From the IMG/VR virus record IMGVR_UViG_3300006805_000134, positions 1-26,054 of that record: a stretch of DNA of 26,054 nt, one strand, 5' to 3'. The position numbers were made by a program, and so were the translations under genes. Origin of the DNA: a virus (lineage: Duplodnaviria > Caudoviricetes). A model generated the notes under the pieces. It did not search any database. It saw nothing but the letters and a program-made list of their open reading frames with translations, and was not told the origin of the DNA. Positions 25,469 to 26,054 of this stretch are shown here, one piece after another; the stretch's first letter is position 1, and each line of letters opens with the position of its first letter.

Positions 25469-25789
25469 ATGAAACTTTGGGAAGCACTGAAGGCGTTTGA
25501 TGAAGGTAAGCAAATTGAATTTCGATTGACCACATCGCTGGGTGTGGATGGGTGGAGCCAAGTAGAGAAAGACCACGTCTTCGTGTTCGTGTCCGGAACA
25601 ACCCACTATGAGTTCCGCCTCAAGCCGAACGCACCAGAAGTCGTCGAGTTCGTGCTGGATTGCAAAGGCAGGTCGCCAGCTCAGGCGATGGATTACCCGG
25701 AAACAGGGCCGACATATGCGCAGTATACGAAGATGAAAGGCAAACGCTGGCGCATCGTCGCGACCGAAATCGTCGAGGGGGAAGGGTGA
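25469..25789 (+). CDS. Hypothetical phage protein (106 aa)
   Basis: GAGG RBS; MKLWEALKAFDEGKQIEFR..W..YEFRLKP; TGATG coupling to the next gene. Confidence 0.7.
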   Translation: MKLWEALKAFDEGKQIEFRLTTSLGVDGWSQVEKDHVFVFVSGTTHYEFRLKPNAPEVVEFVLDCKGRSPAQAMDYPETGPTYAQYTKMKGKRWRIVATEIVEGEG

Positions 25790-26054
25790 TGGGATTTGGA
25801 ATCGACGAAGATATCGACGAGGCTGATTTTTATTGCGAAGAATGCCAGCAGTACGTCTGCGTGTGTGGGGACGAAATCGAGACGGGAGAAAAAATGACCG
25901 ACGCTGAAAAGATCGAGAGGGCTGCGATGAAAAAGGCAGCCGACCACTATGATAAATTGATGAGCGGAATAGAGGGTTGGGACCGTCGGTCATTTGAAAG
26001 CGGCTTTAACTGCGCGCTGGACTTCAAGGATAGCGCCGGACTTTTCCGCGACCA
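25789..26054 (+). CDS. Hypothetical protein with CxxC-x4-CxC; runs off the window
   Basis: Hand translation MGFGIDEDIDEADFYCEECQQYVCVCGDEIETGEKMTDAEKIE..; open to the window end; second in-frame ATG at 25894 with GGAG. Confidence 0.55.
   Translation, partial: MGFGIDEDIDEADFYCEECQQYVCVCGDEIETGEKMTDAEKIERAAMKKAADHYDKLMSGIEGWDRRSFESGFNCALDFKDSAGLFRD

Noticed and set aside
1-26054. tRNA/rRNA genes, RNA polymerase, integrase, reverse transcriptase/DGR, stop-codon recoding
   Set aside because: None recognised; genes read normally in code 11 with all three stop codons used.

Overview
The window is part of a tailed dsDNA bacteriophage (podovirus-type) genome with two divergent arms. The left arm (minus strand, 18898 to <1) is an intact virion module: TerS, TerL, small protein, portal, small protein, scaffold, major capsid, probable decoration protein, tail tube A and B, GNAT-like protein, three ejection proteins, a collagen-repeat tail fibre, and a second fibre (absent from the ORF track) that begins with a signal peptide. 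The centre (about 18900-21430) is a control region: a G/C-run tract, two convergent sigma-54-type promoter matches, four small genes separated by a repeated double-hairpin element, an AT-rich tract with iteron-like repeats, and a structured leader. The right arm (plus strand) opens with the best find, a compact operon Ubl (ends KGA) - E2-like (HPH..G.VC) - JAB/JAMM peptidase - E1/ThiF, i.e. a candidate phage-encoded ubiquitin-like conjugation/deconjugation system. It is followed by a HicA-like/HTH fusion and small unknown genes. All calls come from motif reading and gene order; no database searches were run, so novelty is unverified.
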